A DNA stretch of 64,000 nt from Rhina ancylostomus (GCA_030265395.1 JARFYF010000012.1:16576418-16640417); one strand, 5' to 3'. Shown: positions 24,684-39,426, counted from the first letter of the stretch. Program-made: numbers and translations. Notes: generated by a model not told the origin, from the sequence alone.

Positions 24684-26559
24684 CTAGATAAAGCAAAAAG
24701 CAACAAAGTTTATTCTCAAAAGTGAAGGGTACAAGAAGTTCATAATGTGATTATATCTGGATATGCCATTGCCCATTTAGCTTCCTGTTTCCAATAACAT
24801 CAACTGTTAAAATGATTGCAAGCCAAACCTTTAACAACCTAGGTCTTGCACATTATTTGTTATAGCTCAACATCTAAAAAAATTATTGCAATTTATACCA
24901 AATCTTAAACTCAGACTAGTTATATCTGTGCCATAGTAACACAACATTCAATTAGAATACAAGATGCAATTAGTTACATCATTTCTATACACATTTGACA
25001 CAGTTTTAGTGAATCACCAGGTCTTTCAATATTGTGGGTGTACTCTCACACAAATCTGAATTAAGAGTTTTCCCACAAAACATTGTAGTTTCATTTGATC
25101 AGTTCCATAGAATTCAGCTTTTGAAATCAAGTATGTAGGAATTCATTTAGTACTTGTGAATTATCTTAAAAATGTGTGCTTTTAATGCCTCTTGTAACAC
25201 AATTATAGACACACTAGCCCCATTTCTTAAATCTGATTCACTTCATGGGTTCTCTAAAGAGGGGGTTCATCAGCTCCAGCCCATTACATGGAACCTCTGC
25301 TGAGCTGGCTACAACTTGGCCTAGGAATTGGATGTCACCCCTTTTTGTTGTGCTAAAAGGTGCTCAATTTGCCATAACACCAAATGGGTGCTAAAAAAAC
25401 AAAAATTGCTAAACTGGGACATTGCACTTTAAGAAATTGCTTTCATGGTCTTCTCCCACTAGAAGCCAAATCATACATCACTGATAGCAGCCATTTCAAC
25501 TCCCACTCACAGAGAAGGGGGTAAACTCATGGATGCAAGGGAAGGGGGAGAGGAGTTGTCAAGAGGTAAAGCAGAGCAGCTTTGGACAGTGCCCATCCCC
25601 ACTCTGCACTGTGGAGTAGCAGAGTCAGAATTAAATCCATGTCCCATCAAGGACCCTTTGGTATAGTTCCTGACCACATACGCTTGATTTGCAGTACATG
25701 AACAATGAAGGTCATGGATTGTGATTAATCTAATTTCTGTTAGGGAGTCTAAAATAAGTGTTGTATNNNNNNNNNNNNNNNNTGTACATGTGATATACGA
25801 TGGGGAAATTACACGAGCATAGGGTGAATTTCCCAGTCCAACTTTCCAAAGGGCAGGACATCTGCTGGAAAAAGGCACAAATACAAAGTAATTTACACAT
25901 TAAAATACAACTGTTTTATTCCTAATAGACTTTCTTGGCTCCCATTTTTGTTGATTATCAGTAACATTTAAAACAAGCCTCAGTTTCAAAATGTGTAGTA
26001 GTCCACAACTATCCTTAAATCACCAGGATCTTTACCTGTTTTTCACAGCCTGCACTAATACAGAATTCTTTTTACTTCCTACCCGAGTCACCTCAAGTCT
26101 CACAACCCTACAAACACCTTATCTTGTTGGTAGTAAGCCCTGTGAGTCTCCTCTACCTGCAACATAAATGACAATCATTCTCCATGATTCAATCTATTCC
26201 TCTTTCCCAGTGATCTTGGCCCCTACTTTGAGAAAAGCAACTTTTCATTAGACCATACCCTTAATTTAACAACATTCAACTTTTGCCCACCATCAGTGCA
26301 TTTCTCATGGTCTTGTTTAATGCACGATGCATACATAAAAATGTCACATGATTAGGTGCAAAACATCTTAACTTTGCTGACGACATCTGCCCTGGAGCCA
26401 TAAAGTATCATTGTCCAAGTGACCTCACAACAGTATATTTTAAAAAGCACCTCAACAAAACATCAAGTAACAGCACCTCACTTTACAACTGGGCACATTC
26501 CAGCTTTCTACTCTCAAAACCAAGTTCAATCAATTCAGATAGTGATTCTACAAATTCTC

Positions 26560-27025
26560 AATTACATGTCCTCTGGATCCATCTTTTTGTATTCTTCTCC
26601 TTTTCATCTTGTATTGCTTCAAACCATCAATTCAATTTTAATCTCTCCTATTCTTCTCTTTACCTCCACTCCCACCTTTCTCTGTATACTTATCTCCATC
26701 TCTTCTTCCCCCATTCTGATGGTCATCAATTTGAAGTGTTATCGTAGTTTCNNNNNNNNNNNNNNNNNNNNNNNNNNNNNNNNNNNNNNNNNNNNNNNNN
26801 NNNNNNNNNNNNNNAGATTCCTAGCCAGCAGTATTTTGTTTTGTTTTAGAAACACCAACTTTTACATGCAATTTTTCAGAAAAGACTGGAAGCAGTCGGC
26901 AGATCAGAGAGCATCAGTGAAAGAGAAACAGAGTTAACATTTCAGGTCAGAGACCCCCCCTTTGGGTGTTTCCAGTGTTTACCATTTTTATTTCAGATTT
27001 CTAGCATCTGCAACATTTTTTGATT
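26560..27025. mobile_element. Decayed fold-back/Penelope-like repeat copies around an assembly gap
   Basis: gagaaacagagttaacatttcaggtc and tttcagatttctagcatctgca are shared with the 30.5 and 63.8 kb copies. Confidence 0.55.
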
Positions 27026-28609
27026 AACATATACATGAAGTTGCCTTTCAATAATTTCCCCATGTGAATTAACTGGGTAAACATAGAGGCACCAGACTAA
27101 ATGCCTCACTGTAACAGCCAGACATTACAACTGAGTTACCAACAATAGCTATCCTGCAGAATGTCTCATGTCTGAACTGTGTAGAACTTTGAACACTTGT
27201 AAAACATCAGTGAATGTGCTGCACAGCTCACAATAAAGTACAGAAACTTGGTCAACAAAAGTAAGGAATCTGGGACCCAGAAATCAGGCAAGAAAAATAG
27301 AACTACAGATTTATTAGAAGATAGTACAATGCCAAATATTATACCGTGAAGTGTATCTCTAGTTAATTCTTGCTACTTAATTTTCTCAAGTTATAAAATT
27401 ATTTTGTCAAAGTTCTTGAAACTGGTATTAACAAGGGTCTAAAATACCTCACTGCAGTTCTACTCCAGATCTGCTACTGATTTCACTTATTGTGTCCCTT
27501 ACACTATCAATTTTTTAAAAATCTCATGTATGCTATTAAGACTGTGCATTGTATACTATGAAGCTACTTGATTCACGCATTGTGCACTATGAAGCTGATA
27601 ATGCCCCCCCCCCCAAAAATCCCAGTGCATAAGAAAGGGTCAACAAGTGACAATAAACCACATTTTCCCCAAAAACAATTCAACATCCTCTTGCATGGCA
27701 TTATTAAACAGCACAATTTGTAACACAGTAATGTTCACCTGGGCACAGCCAAGGCCACATGAGGCCAGAATAAATGTTCGAAATTCAATTTGACAGCCCC
27801 TGTGCAGTGTTAATTATTGATATGAAAATGGTTAGGGCACTTATTTATCATGCAGGCAGAAAATGGCTTAATTAGTTGCAACAAATGATGGTTTCCTTCT
27901 CTAGAGTTTTCATTTAAGGCCACAATATACATTTTATAATGCCTCCACAGTAGCTGTCTTAGGTGTCACTAAATTTAAGATTATCATTTCTCTTTCTGAT
28001 ACCCAGCCTGAAGTTGATTTTAAAAAAAGCAGAAAGAAATGAGAAAAGCAGCATGTCTGAAAAGAAAGAACATGTAGGCAAGATTGGGATAAAAGAGCTA
28101 GCAAGAAAACATATGGAGGGAGCTGCATCATAAACTCAAGCGGGAAGGTTTTAACTAGATTAAAGCAGCTTCCTCCAAGGCCCCGGGGAGTAGTTGACGC
28201 TTGCTGTGGTATTGAGTCACAGGCAATCAAGTTGAAACTTCCAGCCTAGCCTTTCTTTCAGGGGAACGATGGACACGTGCCACAAGTTGTCCTCAAAGTC
28301 CCACCGCGGGGTTGAGCTAATCAGCCAGTGGCTACCAATCAACAATCCCTGCTGGCAAGTAAATGTGAGTAATAGGGGAGAATAGGATCAGCCTCAACAG
28401 TGACATGCCCCAAATTCAACCAACTACTACACAATCGGGTGTACAAGGAATGACCATCTGAGCTAGGTACTGTCTGGCCACTGATACCCATGAAACTAAA
28501 AGGGGTAAAGAGGAGGAAAATGCAAATGAACCCCAAACCACTATTTATGGACAATGACAGCTTGAAGCAGTCATTAGCCACGTAACGCTCTGGGCTTAAA
28601 GGCAGGCAG

Positions 28610-28930
28610 CATTCTCACCTCCAAATCAAAAGATGTGGATAGAGGTCCTATCCATTTGTGCATATAATTCAACTTTTAATGCAGCAGAGGGAGTGTTACA
28701 CTTCTGGAGGTGCCATGTTCAGATGAGACAAAATCATCATACCCTCTAAGCTGATATGATTCGTAAGGCAGGAGAGACTTCCCTAATACCCCAGCCAACA
28801 ACAGAAACAGGGTACTGATTATTATTCTAAATAACCTGTACTATTCTATATTTATAATAACTATATTACATAAATTACTTCACCACCTGTAAAGGGTTTG
28901 AGCAAGGCACTAAATAAATTGTATTCTTTT
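28610..28930 (+). mobile_element. Decayed Deu-domain SINE (SacSINE1-like)
   Basis: gagggagtgttacacttctggaggtgccatgttcagatgagac...ctgtaaagggtttg...aaggcactaaataaat. Confidence 0.6.
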
Positions 28931-30499
28931 CCTCACAAACATGTCAATCTCAGTTTTCCACTCCATTTCAATTAAAGATTCATGTATCTATGACTCCAAT
29001 GTTTCAAATTGATCTGCCACAGTTGGTGCTGGACACTGACCTTTGGCTTTAAACACCAACACAGAGACATATCTACAATTGTTAACTATTGTAATTGAAG
29101 TCCATTGCAATCAAACATAGTACGACATGGTGCCTAAAATGCTCCACAATAATCTGGAGCACTGTCAAGTGAAGAACACAGGGGAGTTATTCCATGGCAT
29201 CTTCTGGAAAATGATTCAAACAAAACTAGTAATGACCTTTCTACTCTCACCAATGAAATAGAACCCAGCAATACACTGCCACTGATTGGATCAGAAGTCT
29301 ACTTAATACATAATGAACAGCCTGCACAAGCAGAAATAGAGGTCAATCTGTGTGCTCTGCTTAACTGTCTGTGAACGGTACAAAATATGATATCCTTTCA
29401 GCTTTAGGATATTCAATAGCAGTGAGAGTGCAAGTATTTGTTGTAGCACAGTACAAACACGATGCTTCATGAAGTGAGCTGACTTGATCTCATGCAGTTG
29501 TGGACTGCCTTAAAACTTCACCTGTACAATGAATCTCCACCTCCCCCCCCCCCATCCCAATATTCCTACAGATATCTCAAAATAAATAAAATCCATTGGA
29601 GAACTTGTCTCATAATAATACAAGAGTCTGACCAGCTGCCAGCCACTCAGTCTCTCCCAGGTTGCTAATGTGATATTGCGCTGTTCAAGGAAAAGGCTTG
29701 CATGTTAATTGGCAATGAACTCGTGTCAAATTAAGTTCTTAAAAATGAAGGTATGTAAAAATAAGATCTGATCGAGTCTGATATGCACATGAATCTTCAC
29801 ATGAAGTGAAGTCACATTTGACTGTGTGGGATATACACTTGGAGCAAGATCAAATGGCCAAGGCACTTGAAAAGGCAGTTTAACCGCACTTTTACATGAT
29901 TTCTTGCATCCAATTGGAGCATGAAACAGAAGTTAAACTGGCACATAGGAACAAGCATGCAAAATGCCAATGTCACATTACCAGAGGAGACCTCACACAA
30001 ACATGAATAATGATATAGTATAGGTCAGGAAACAATGCCAAATGGATACTGTCAACACATATTTTACACGTTAAAAAGAAACCAACTGTCACGTTTTTAT
30101 TTCTTTCTCTCTTTTCCTTTTGTTTCCCCCATATTAACCATGGGGGAAGGAACTGGACTAATCTGTTTCCACCTCGAGCTTGAACTAACCTGATGACCAC
30201 AAACACAAGTTTTACAAGTTACTCACAAATTACCTGCTTGAAATTTGCCAGTTCTTTCCCTTTGCTGCCATTTGTTCGATAAGATTTTTTTACCCTTACC
30301 AATAAAAGCCTATTAATGCTTACCCCTTTGATATGCATTTCCCCAACACCTTTCCCTATCACTCATTTCGTTCAATTATGTTTGCCGGTTGAACATAATT
30401 ATCTCCAATAAAAAGCAAATGTTATAAACCATCTATCCACTCCTCTCCTTGGCAACTCTCTGAAACAGAGCCAATTTAATAGCAAATGAAAATTTGAAA

Positions 30500-30620
30500 A
30501 AAGAATTGCAGATGCTGGAAATCTGAAATAAAACCAGAAAATGCTAGAAAGTCTCAGCAGGCCAGGCAGTATCTGTAGAAAGAGAAACACCATTAAGGCT
30601 TCATGTCCAAGGCCCTGATT
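30500..30620. mobile_element. Fold-back repeat family, left arm
   Basis: tgcagatgctggaaatctgaaataaaaccagaaaatgctagaaagtctcagcaggccaggcagtatctgtagaaagagaaaca is the reverse complement of the arm at 63875-63965. Confidence 0.7.
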
Positions 30621-31339
30621 TTTATAAGCTTTCNNNNNNNNNNNNATCCACCTCAGCCTTGCCTCAACTTATCTGTCATTGAAATACCCACCATGCTTTC
30701 GTTGACTGTCACAGTACATTCCATTGTTCTACTCTCTTTAAACTCAACACCATTCAAAACTCTGCTACCTGTGTTCCAACTTGCTGCAGGTCACACTCAC
30801 CCATTATCACCGTACACACTGACCTACAGTGGCTTCCAGCTGAGAATGCAAAAATAAGCCACAAGGCCAGTTAAATTGACTTCACTGTTGAATACGATTA
30901 TACATAATCTTCTTCAAATCAATGCGGCTGATCATCCTCAAACTTGATTCCATCTGTCTGATCTCAGCTTTAAATTCATTATACTCTTCTGCTTTCAGGT
31001 TGTTTTTTCCATATACTTTCAGCAGGGATTCCATTATAATTCTCATCACCAACGTTGAGCCAACTGGTCTACGGACGTCCTCCGTTTCCTTTCTTAAATA
31101 TAGATGTGTAATAAACTATCTACCAGTCCTTTGACATTCCACCCTTTTCTAATAGATTACTAAATGAGTGTGCAGGTAAACCCTGTGTAACAGCTGTTCA
31201 AGGAACAGAAATTCATCTTACAGAATTTAGAAATCAGTACCCAAATATTTGAGACAAAATTCACTTTCATGGAATTTATATGGAAAAGAAATAAACAATT
31301 TTATTTTCCAACTCACATTTCTTAACTCATGCACGGTGA

Positions 31340-31720
31340 ATGTGGCTTCACATTACAGAATTTTAACATCCTTATTTTTGTTTCTAAATCTCACAGTGTC
31401 TGCATCCCTATCCGTCCCTATTGCCATAACCTTCTCCATCTCAAGCACCTTCTGAAATATCTGTAATCTTCAAATTACGAGGTCTTGAACAGCTGCAACT
31501 TTAATGCTCTCCACTGGCTTCCATGGTCCTATGCTCTAGAATTTCTTCCTAAGAAGCTCTCGGTTTCTAGTCCTCTCTCCTCCTTTCAAAATCCACCTCT
31601 ACGTTTACATTTTTGGTCACCTTCTCTAATAATTCACTGTCAAATGTTATTCGATAAAACTCCTGTAAGGTGCCTTTGGATATTTTTCTGGGATATCAAA
31701 AAGACATAAATAGCGATAGT
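31340..31720 (+). mobile_element. L2-like LINE 3' end (upstream piece probably at ~30790-30845)
   Basis: ccctattgccataaccttctcca...ctctagaatttcttcctaag...ctctctcctcctttcaaa...ctcctgtaaggtgcctttgga is the typical L2 3' terminus. Confidence 0.55.
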
Positions 31721-32287
31721 TACAGTCCAATCAGGCTTCACCTGCAAGGATGCCTAACTGAAGGGCATAGAAAGCAGCACATTTGAACACCTATTTTGTA
31801 TGTCATGGTCATTTTCAATTCCCAATAGATTATAGACCTAGGGTAGTAAAAAATAAGCAATTATTTGTGCAATGAACCAAAGATTTAATATTGGAAACTA
31901 AAACTTAACTACAATTCTCACACTTTAAAATGTGCTCCCATTGTTTATTTTCATTAACTGAAATATTTTCAGTACAATGTATCAGCTACTTCTAGCTTCT
32001 TTGTGCTTATGATAATTAAATCTCCTCCATGAGATTTTCAGCTCCCTCAGGAATCAACCAAGTAGATGGACAGTGCATCAGAGGCTTTTCCATCTGGGCT
32101 TTCAATAGCTTCCTGTCCATCTGCTTGGAGTACCCGGAGCCCAAAGCTAATCAACTGATTAACAAACATAGTTGCTTGTTCAAAAGCGGCATCATTGCTG
32201 GCAGGATGTAGACCATGCACCCAGCTGAATTCTCCTGCACTGACGACATAAGTTTGGAGGATAACAGATAAGAAGCAGAACAGATAT

Positions 32288-33100
32288 AGTCATAGAGTTG
32301 TGCTGCACAATGGCTCATCACATCCAGCCAACCTTTAATGCCCATCAATGCAAATCCCATCTGCCCGCATTAGGTACGTATCCTTCTATGCCTTGCCTAT
32401 TTAAGTGTCTTATCTAAATGTCCTTTAAACACAGTGGTTGTAACTGATTCCACCATCTCCTATGGCAGCACATTCCAGATATCAACCGCTCCGTGTGTGA
32501 TGAAGCTTTCCCCTTTAAACCTACTTTCTCTCACCTTAAATCCATGCTCGTGTTTGATACCTCTACCATTGGAAAAAAAATTCTGACTATCTGCCCAATC
32601 TATGCCTCTTATAATTTCATATAGCTTTTTCAGGTTGGCCCTCAGCCTTCTTTACTCAGGGAAAACAAGCCAACCAGCTATCTAATCTCTCCCCATAATT
32701 GAAGTTCTCCAATCCCAGCAATATCCAGGTGAAGCTCCTCTTGACTCTCTCCGGCACAACCACATCCATCCTATAGTATGGTGACCAGAAATGTATACAA
32801 TATCCCCTGTCCAGTCTAACCAGTGTTTTGTAAAGTTGCAACATAATGACTCAACTTATCACCTTCTATGCCCTGACCTATGAAGTCAAGAATGCCATCT
32901 GCCTTCTTCACCACCCTAACTACATTGCTACTTTCAGGGAACTCTGGACTTGAACTGCAAGGTCCTTCTGTTCATCAACATTCCTTGGTGCCCTACCATT
33001 TTGTGCACATGTCCTACCCCTATTAGACTTCCCAAAATGCATCATCTCACACTTGTTGGGATTCAATTTCATCTGCTAATGCTCTGCTCAATTTTCCATC
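32288..33100 (-). mobile_element. CR1-clade LINE 3' fragment with degenerate RT C-terminus
   Basis: ORF 32656..32844 MLQLYKTLVRLDRGYCIHFWSPYYRMDVVVPERVKRSFTWILLGLENFNYGERLD matches the CR1 ORF2 motif LYKTLVRPHLEYCVQFWSP...ERVQRRFT. Tail ends at agtcatagag. Confidence 0.9.
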
Positions 33101-33631
33101 TGTTAGAAAACAAAACTTTGCTGAATTAGCTGGTCTGTTGGTGAATTAGCTGCAGGTGAACAATAGCATCATTTTAAACCTAGCTGCTTTAACGACCAAC
33201 TGTAAAATGTTAATGAACTTTGAGAAAAATTTAGCAAGTCTCAATAAGGACAAAAAGTTAGCAAAATGACATCCTTTCTAGGAGGCAGCACTTCAAAAAT
33301 CAAAGTAGTTTTAACTTATTTCCTGGCCTGCCACGAGTTTTAATGCTCGCCTCTGCCATTGCCATTTACCAAGAGAGGAAGGACCTCCCCATTGCTGCTG
33401 ACTGACTCAGTTCATCAGCTAATATACCCTTGGTGCAGAACCTATTATTGGATGGGACGTTGGAGAGCCTGGTCAAGAAGTGTTCTTAGAGTCAAAAGAA
33501 CTTTGTTATATCAATGGGAACTTAACACTCTATAGGTTTTAGGTAGGAGAGGCATCCAATTACCTGATAAAAGTTCTGCGTAAGCAAACAATACCATCAG
33601 ACAGAACTTACTCCCTGATTACAAGGTGCAG

Positions 33632-33734
33632 TTTTTGGATTCCAATCCCTTCAGAAAGTGGCATGATCAAATTGTCCCTCCCTATGCAGAACTGGTGAGG
33701 GGGTGGAACAAGGAATGAGAAGCAAGAATCCAAG
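33632..33734 (+). repeat. Copy 1 of a ~102-bp dispersed direct repeat
   Basis: Identical to 34709-34810 except one substitution and one 1-nt indel. Confidence 0.95.
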
Positions 33735-34708
33735 TGCAAGCATAGACCATTTCTCAGGATAACTTTATGTAAAAACTCTCCCTTCTAATGATACTGCTAC
33801 CTGGCTGAGGATAATCAATATTGGGATGCCAAATTTTCAATGCTAGATAGGCAGCATTGAACTTTTGTGTATTAATTTGCCAGTAAATCAATTGCAAGGT
33901 TTAGTCAATCTACTAATGTATATTCCGACAAGCCAACAACACAATCTGAGCTCTATGCAAAACAAAAATGCATGGTCAACTGTTCCTCCTACATTTTGCT
34001 CGAGTGTAATAGTGGTCTGAACACTTCATAAAAATGTTCTGAACACTTAAGATTTTCCAATTTATAACTAATTTTATTTTACTTTAAAAGGTTAGTTTTC
34101 AGCATTTTTAATGCTACATACAAGTTCATGAAAATTCTCAAAAATGGGTAAACAGGAATGTTAACATGCAACTATCTTTGAGTTAAACGTTCAAGTCACT
34201 TTTCTAAATTCTGTCACAGGGTACTTGGAGCAGGTAAGGCCTTACCTGACCAGTGAAAGGGAATGACCTTACAGTGTGAATAGTTGGTACAGAGACTGGG
34301 CAACAAATTGATGAACAGCCTGCAAAATCAAACTTTATGTCCCATGTATTTCATCAGCCTCTACTTTTGCAGTATGTGCTCTGAAAGGGATTGATAGTTA
34401 ATCAGTTAAGTACATAGATGAAAATCTGTGATTTCCTGCATTCAGAAAGTCTGCCATTTAACAACCATGATGTGATTGATTAGTGCAGCAAACTGCTTGG
34501 GCCACCCTTATAAAATTCAGACACAGCACTGAAAATTCCTTTACATCTGGCAAATTTTGTAGATACTTAAGTATACAAGAGAAGAAAACTAATGATTCTC
34601 TCTCTTTTTTTCTGCCCTCACCAACTTTGTTTTACACCTTCCTTTCCCACCACCATTCCCCAACTGAGAAGCACAAAATCTACAATCTACAAAAGAAGCA
34701 CAACTTCA

Positions 34709-34810
34709 TTTTTGGATTCCAATCCCTTCAGAAAGTGGCATGATCAAATTGTCCCTCCCTGTGCAGAACTGGTGAGGGGGTGGAACAGGAATGAGAAGCA
34801 AGAATCCAAG
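34709..34810 (+). repeat. Copy 2 of a ~102-bp dispersed direct repeat
   Basis: tttttggattccaatcccttcagaaagtggcatgatc...gagaagcaagaatccaag, matches 33632-33734. Confidence 0.95.
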
Positions 34811-35472
34811 AGCCATCCAACAACAGCAGTGTTCAATAAATACACCAATATAAATACTATGATAAAGAGCCAAATGAAACCAAATGAATATAAACTCTTC
34901 CAAGCTCAAATTGTATTTTATTTTCGTCCAATCAATTTGAGGTGATTTCTCAATTTATTGTTTTAAAAAATGTATTTCTTTCAGGCTGAACAAGCATTAA
35001 GAATCTCTCTATTTTAAAGTGTAGCATTTCATTTCTAATATTTTTTCATTCTCCTTCAACCTTCAATTTCCACCAATAAAAGGCATCAGCAAGTGTATGT
35101 TTGGAAAGTGAGGAACTGTTCAATCTGTCCAATAGCGCCCTTTCATTTACAAACCATCTGACTCATGGAAGCAGCATGAAATGATATTAAAGGAAATTTT
35201 TTTCCCTGCCTTAGTAATGCATCCTTAGCAAAGATACAAAAAGGAGGATTCCAAATTGAACACAAAAACATTTAAATTGAATTAAATTGCAGTTGCACAT
35301 TACTGAAAATGTACAAGTGCTCAAACAATATTTAACATTTAGTTCTGATGCAGACATGGATTTCCCCAATGGCTTCTGAGTAAAGCAAAATTCAGAAATT
35401 TTGTCTGAATTGCACACTGATTCCAGAAAGAAACGAGCATTATCAAGTGAAGTTTCTTCCCCCTTGACCTAC

Positions 35473-35605
35473 CTGTTTTGGGGTCCACATCTGCTGGTAA
35501 GTGTGGTGGAGGGTTACCTGGTGTGAAGTGTTCATTGCTGTATGTTATCAGCGGCGTTAGCGGATGAACATGATGAGGATGCTGCACAACAGGTACTTTG
35601 TTAGA
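35473..35605 (-). CDS. TCF7L2: TCF7L2 exon 6 (133 nt): [45 protein letters not shown]
   Basis: Acceptor ttttgacag|TCTAAC and donor ACAG|gtaggt. The peptide is the TCF7L2 context-dependent regulatory/Groucho-interacting region. Starts in phase 0, ends in phase 1. Confidence 0.97.
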
Positions 35606-38600
35606 CTGTCAAAAAGAAAGAAAGAACGTGGGTTAGACAAGAGTAACCATCCAATGAGCCACGACGAGACTAATGGCACCAATTTGAAACCCAAGTGATG
35701 CTGGGGGGAGATGGGGGAGACAACACTTGATATTTAACAGCCTTCTGCTAATTCTCCAACAGAAAATATTTAAACAGATTAAGCAGTGCCAAAAATCAAG
35801 AGACCTGTATTAGATGATGAATGGCTCTGAGTCAGATTTTATTTTGATACATGTCATCTCTCTTTTGTTATCAATTTAAAAGAATTGTAACAAAGGAGGG
35901 CAATTTGAATGACTGTTATAAAGCAACCATATCTGTTACTATTTATTAATCAATCAGGTTTTGATTTCTTAGTAATCATAATTATTTTATCACATCAAAA
36001 ACAAAATCCATTAAATATGAACCATCTTAAACGAAGAAATTAAGAGTCCAAAAGGTCATCTGGGGGAGAAAAATTATTAAAATACCAGTCCTCTTACAAT
36101 GATAGATGACTGATAGAATAGTCAAAAGACCAGATTTCTTTTCTCTCATGGCATTTAGCTGGGTTTATGAATTGCCAGCAGAAAAAAAGTCTTTCAAATA
36201 TTTTGTTGACTCCAAATGAACTAGCCTACAATACTCTTATAACCAATCATACTGTTACAAATGGAATAGACAATTTTGTACAACATCAAATTCAATTAAA
36301 ACAAGATAAAAATGGCCATAAAATTACAAGAATTGTACTTCATGCAACATTCCATTACATAAAATTAATTGTAATGACTCAAACTTACTGCAGTGCAAAA
36401 TTAATGGGTACACATACATTTGAAGATCGAAGGTAGACATTATTCAGAAAAAAGTCAATGGCTTATGGTATCATCAAGTCTGTTTTATTATTGACATGTA
36501 GAGCTTTTACATTACACGTGTAATCTCATGCCAAAATATGTAATTCAAATTCACCCTTTTTACAACTCAGGGCTGAAAATCTGAGAATAAGATTAAAAAT
36601 TCACAGCAAGTGAGAATGTCCCACTTTATACCCTATTTTACTCGACCGCATTACCTGTCTACCAAAAACCAGTGTCTATTACTACTTCCATTACCCCACC
36701 AACAGACATTGAGCGGCATTAACACAATACTACATTTTATTTAAAAGGCTGAATCCAAATACATTTGGATATAAGTTTTAAGACTATTGTTGAACATGAA
36801 ACCATAAATGGTATTAAATTATTGGATTCCACTTTAGTTATATTGAACACCAAGTGTGCAAAATCTCATTTTCAAAGCTGCTCAGTAAGTTCCGCATATT
36901 TTGAAAAACATGACTGATGTATAGGATTTGCAGGACTAATATTGTTACTACTTGATACAACAGTAATGACCAGCAGCCACCAACAACCACAAGCTCCCCT
37001 TTCTTAAGAAAACAGATTAGCTTCCCATTGAAACAAATGAGATGCAAAACCTTGAACTTCAGCATGAAGATTTCATCACAACGCCACAGGGCATTTTAAG
37101 CAGTGGAATCGCAACCGTCTGCTTTTTCAGCAGAAGGCTTTGTCCACTGGCATCATAAGCTTCCTGTAAGTCTATGCTTTGGAAAGAATTTGCTGCAAAA
37201 TTCTGTGAGCAAACAGCAGGAGGCTATAGTTAGTTATTTACTGTCTACAGTCTCTCCTGCTTCTAATTGGCGCCTGCAACTGTAGTAATGAGTTTACAGG
37301 ACACATGGACAATGCAGAGTAGATGATGATTCAGTTTCTTCCCCTTCATCAACAAACTAATTTTGATTGTAATGAAACATTTACAAACAAAAAAGTCAAT
37401 TAGGCCCCAACACAATCCAACTGCAGTCCATCTCATTTTAGAGATTCCTTTGATCTGCACCACTTTTCTCATCAAAATCTACATTTAGGGAGGCTCATAT
37501 TTTAGTCAGACAAGAGAACTTTAATTTATCATGCATTAGCACACAAGAAAATAGTAGTTCCCTCCTCGGCAAAGATCACAGTTCTAATGCAGACTTGGAT
37601 TATTTCCTAAGGATGTGGTCCTCTGCTGCACCAAGACCTGATCTGATCCAACCTATAAGCCAACTTCTCACTGATTAGACAGGAATTGATCCGATTCCCT
37701 TTCGAATACCTTGCCAGAGTTCAAAAGTCAATTAGTCCAAGTGAGAAGTGTGCCTTAAGCCAAGTTCAACACATGCCTGTATTTTTTAAGCTGATAAATA
37801 ATGACTCAGGTTCTTTGTTTGAGCACAAAATATCTCTGTATATCCATGTCATTGATTCCCTCTTATCATTTGAGAGGAGTGGATAGTCTTCTGACCGCCA
37901 GCATTGTTAAAAATGAAGAATCCTGGCAAAGTGATCTACAAATGGAATCAAAACTTACTTTTCCACTACCTGCAAATTGCACCACTGTGTCCACGTTTGT
38001 ACATATTTGTTTACCCTACATTGGCTTCAAGAACCTCATAATTAGTGCAACTTGCAATCCAGATTTGACTGACCACTCCTGTACATAACTAACAACCAGC
38101 AGCACTAAATAACCAATCTCACTCGAGACCAAAAGAATAATTGATATGAAGAGTCAGATCTAAGCAGATATGGACAATCACATTTGTTTCGATTAAAAGA
38201 TGTAATATTGTGAGTTTCCAGGATGTTGCTGGTATAGTCGATTCAAAGAGCATGTATTTCATTAACAGGAAAATGTCCTGAACTAATTAAGAACAAGAAA
38301 GTTATTTATTTTAAAGCAATTCAAAACTAACATAAGATAGGAGGTATCCCAAAAACATTCTGAATCTTCCTGACAAGCGACTTACTACAAAGAAAAAAAG
38401 AGAAAATAGTTGGAGAGAAGAGGGAGAAAAAAAACGGAGAGAAAAAAAAACACCAAGAGGAACTGTACAGTATTTGCACGGATTTACTTTCACTTAAAGA
38501 AAATATAATTAGCATTGTTCATTCAGGGGATCCTGGCCAAGCTCATATTAAGTCATCTCCAACTAAATATTAATTTACCCTCCATAAAAATACACATTTG

Positions 38601-39426
38601 CATCATCTGACAGTGCAGCCCATCTGACTAGTGCTCCCAAGTTGATTTTGAGTTTGTTTGCACTTTAAAATCCAATAGCTAATAAAGCATTCAGGTGTTA
38701 CAAGCATCTTGTAGAGCACAGCAAACAACAATGCAAGGCACAAAACGAGCTGTAACACAGGGCAGCTCTTCAAATTGCGTCATCAATTGTGGAAACAAAG
38801 CAAAGCTTGAAAAGCGAACTACAAGGGTAGTAACAGGACATAGAAGTTGCTCGAGAGCAAAGGTCCCAAATTGTAGGAGTAACTTATGTCCACAGTAGGT
38901 CGTACATATACATAAATCACAGGACTGTGAAACTACATCTGAAATGTATATTTATGGGGAAAATGTTATCTATTAAAACAAAATAGTACTGGGGGGGTGG
39001 GGATCTTATAGAGACAATTAACCTCTTTTTCCCCCCAATTTATTGTTTATAAAATGCATTTTATCTGTTTATTAAGCATATATTTCTACTATTTCAAAAT
39101 AATACATTTGAACAATTTTTGTACCTTTATATTTATTTCAGGAAATATTTTCAAACTATTAAAATTTCTGCAAAGGAACACAGAGTCCCCTTTAACATGA
39201 CCGATTAACAGTGACTTCTAACAACAAAGCAGCAAAATAATCTAACAAAAGACCTTAAGGCAGTTATTAATAACAAGAAGAGTTCAAATGACAGGATTCA
39301 ATGAACTCTACTAACTTGCTAGTACCTGTATTGATTTTAATTCAGTTTCCTACACCGTCTCCCCAAATGGGCCATCAGTGCCTAAAGTAACAGCTTGATT
39401 TTTAAATAGAAATACTGAGAAATCAC

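Noticed and set aside
26419-26937. 172-aa hydrophobic ORF
   Set aside because: Pyrimidine-rich decayed repeat plus an N gap; not a membrane protein gene.
27545-27598. Short direct repeat gcattgt..actatgaagct x2
   Set aside because: Two-copy slippage duplication; not an array or CRISPR-like structure.
8096-35605. Assignment to TCF7, LEF1 or TCF7L1
   Set aside because: Both CRARF and CRALF exons, the LVPQ/SFLS inserts, two PLSL motifs and the KSLE C-terminus together fit only TCF7L2.
37446-37454. Single perfect TCF site CCTTTGATC
   Set aside because: An isolated short motif is expected by chance in 64 kb.
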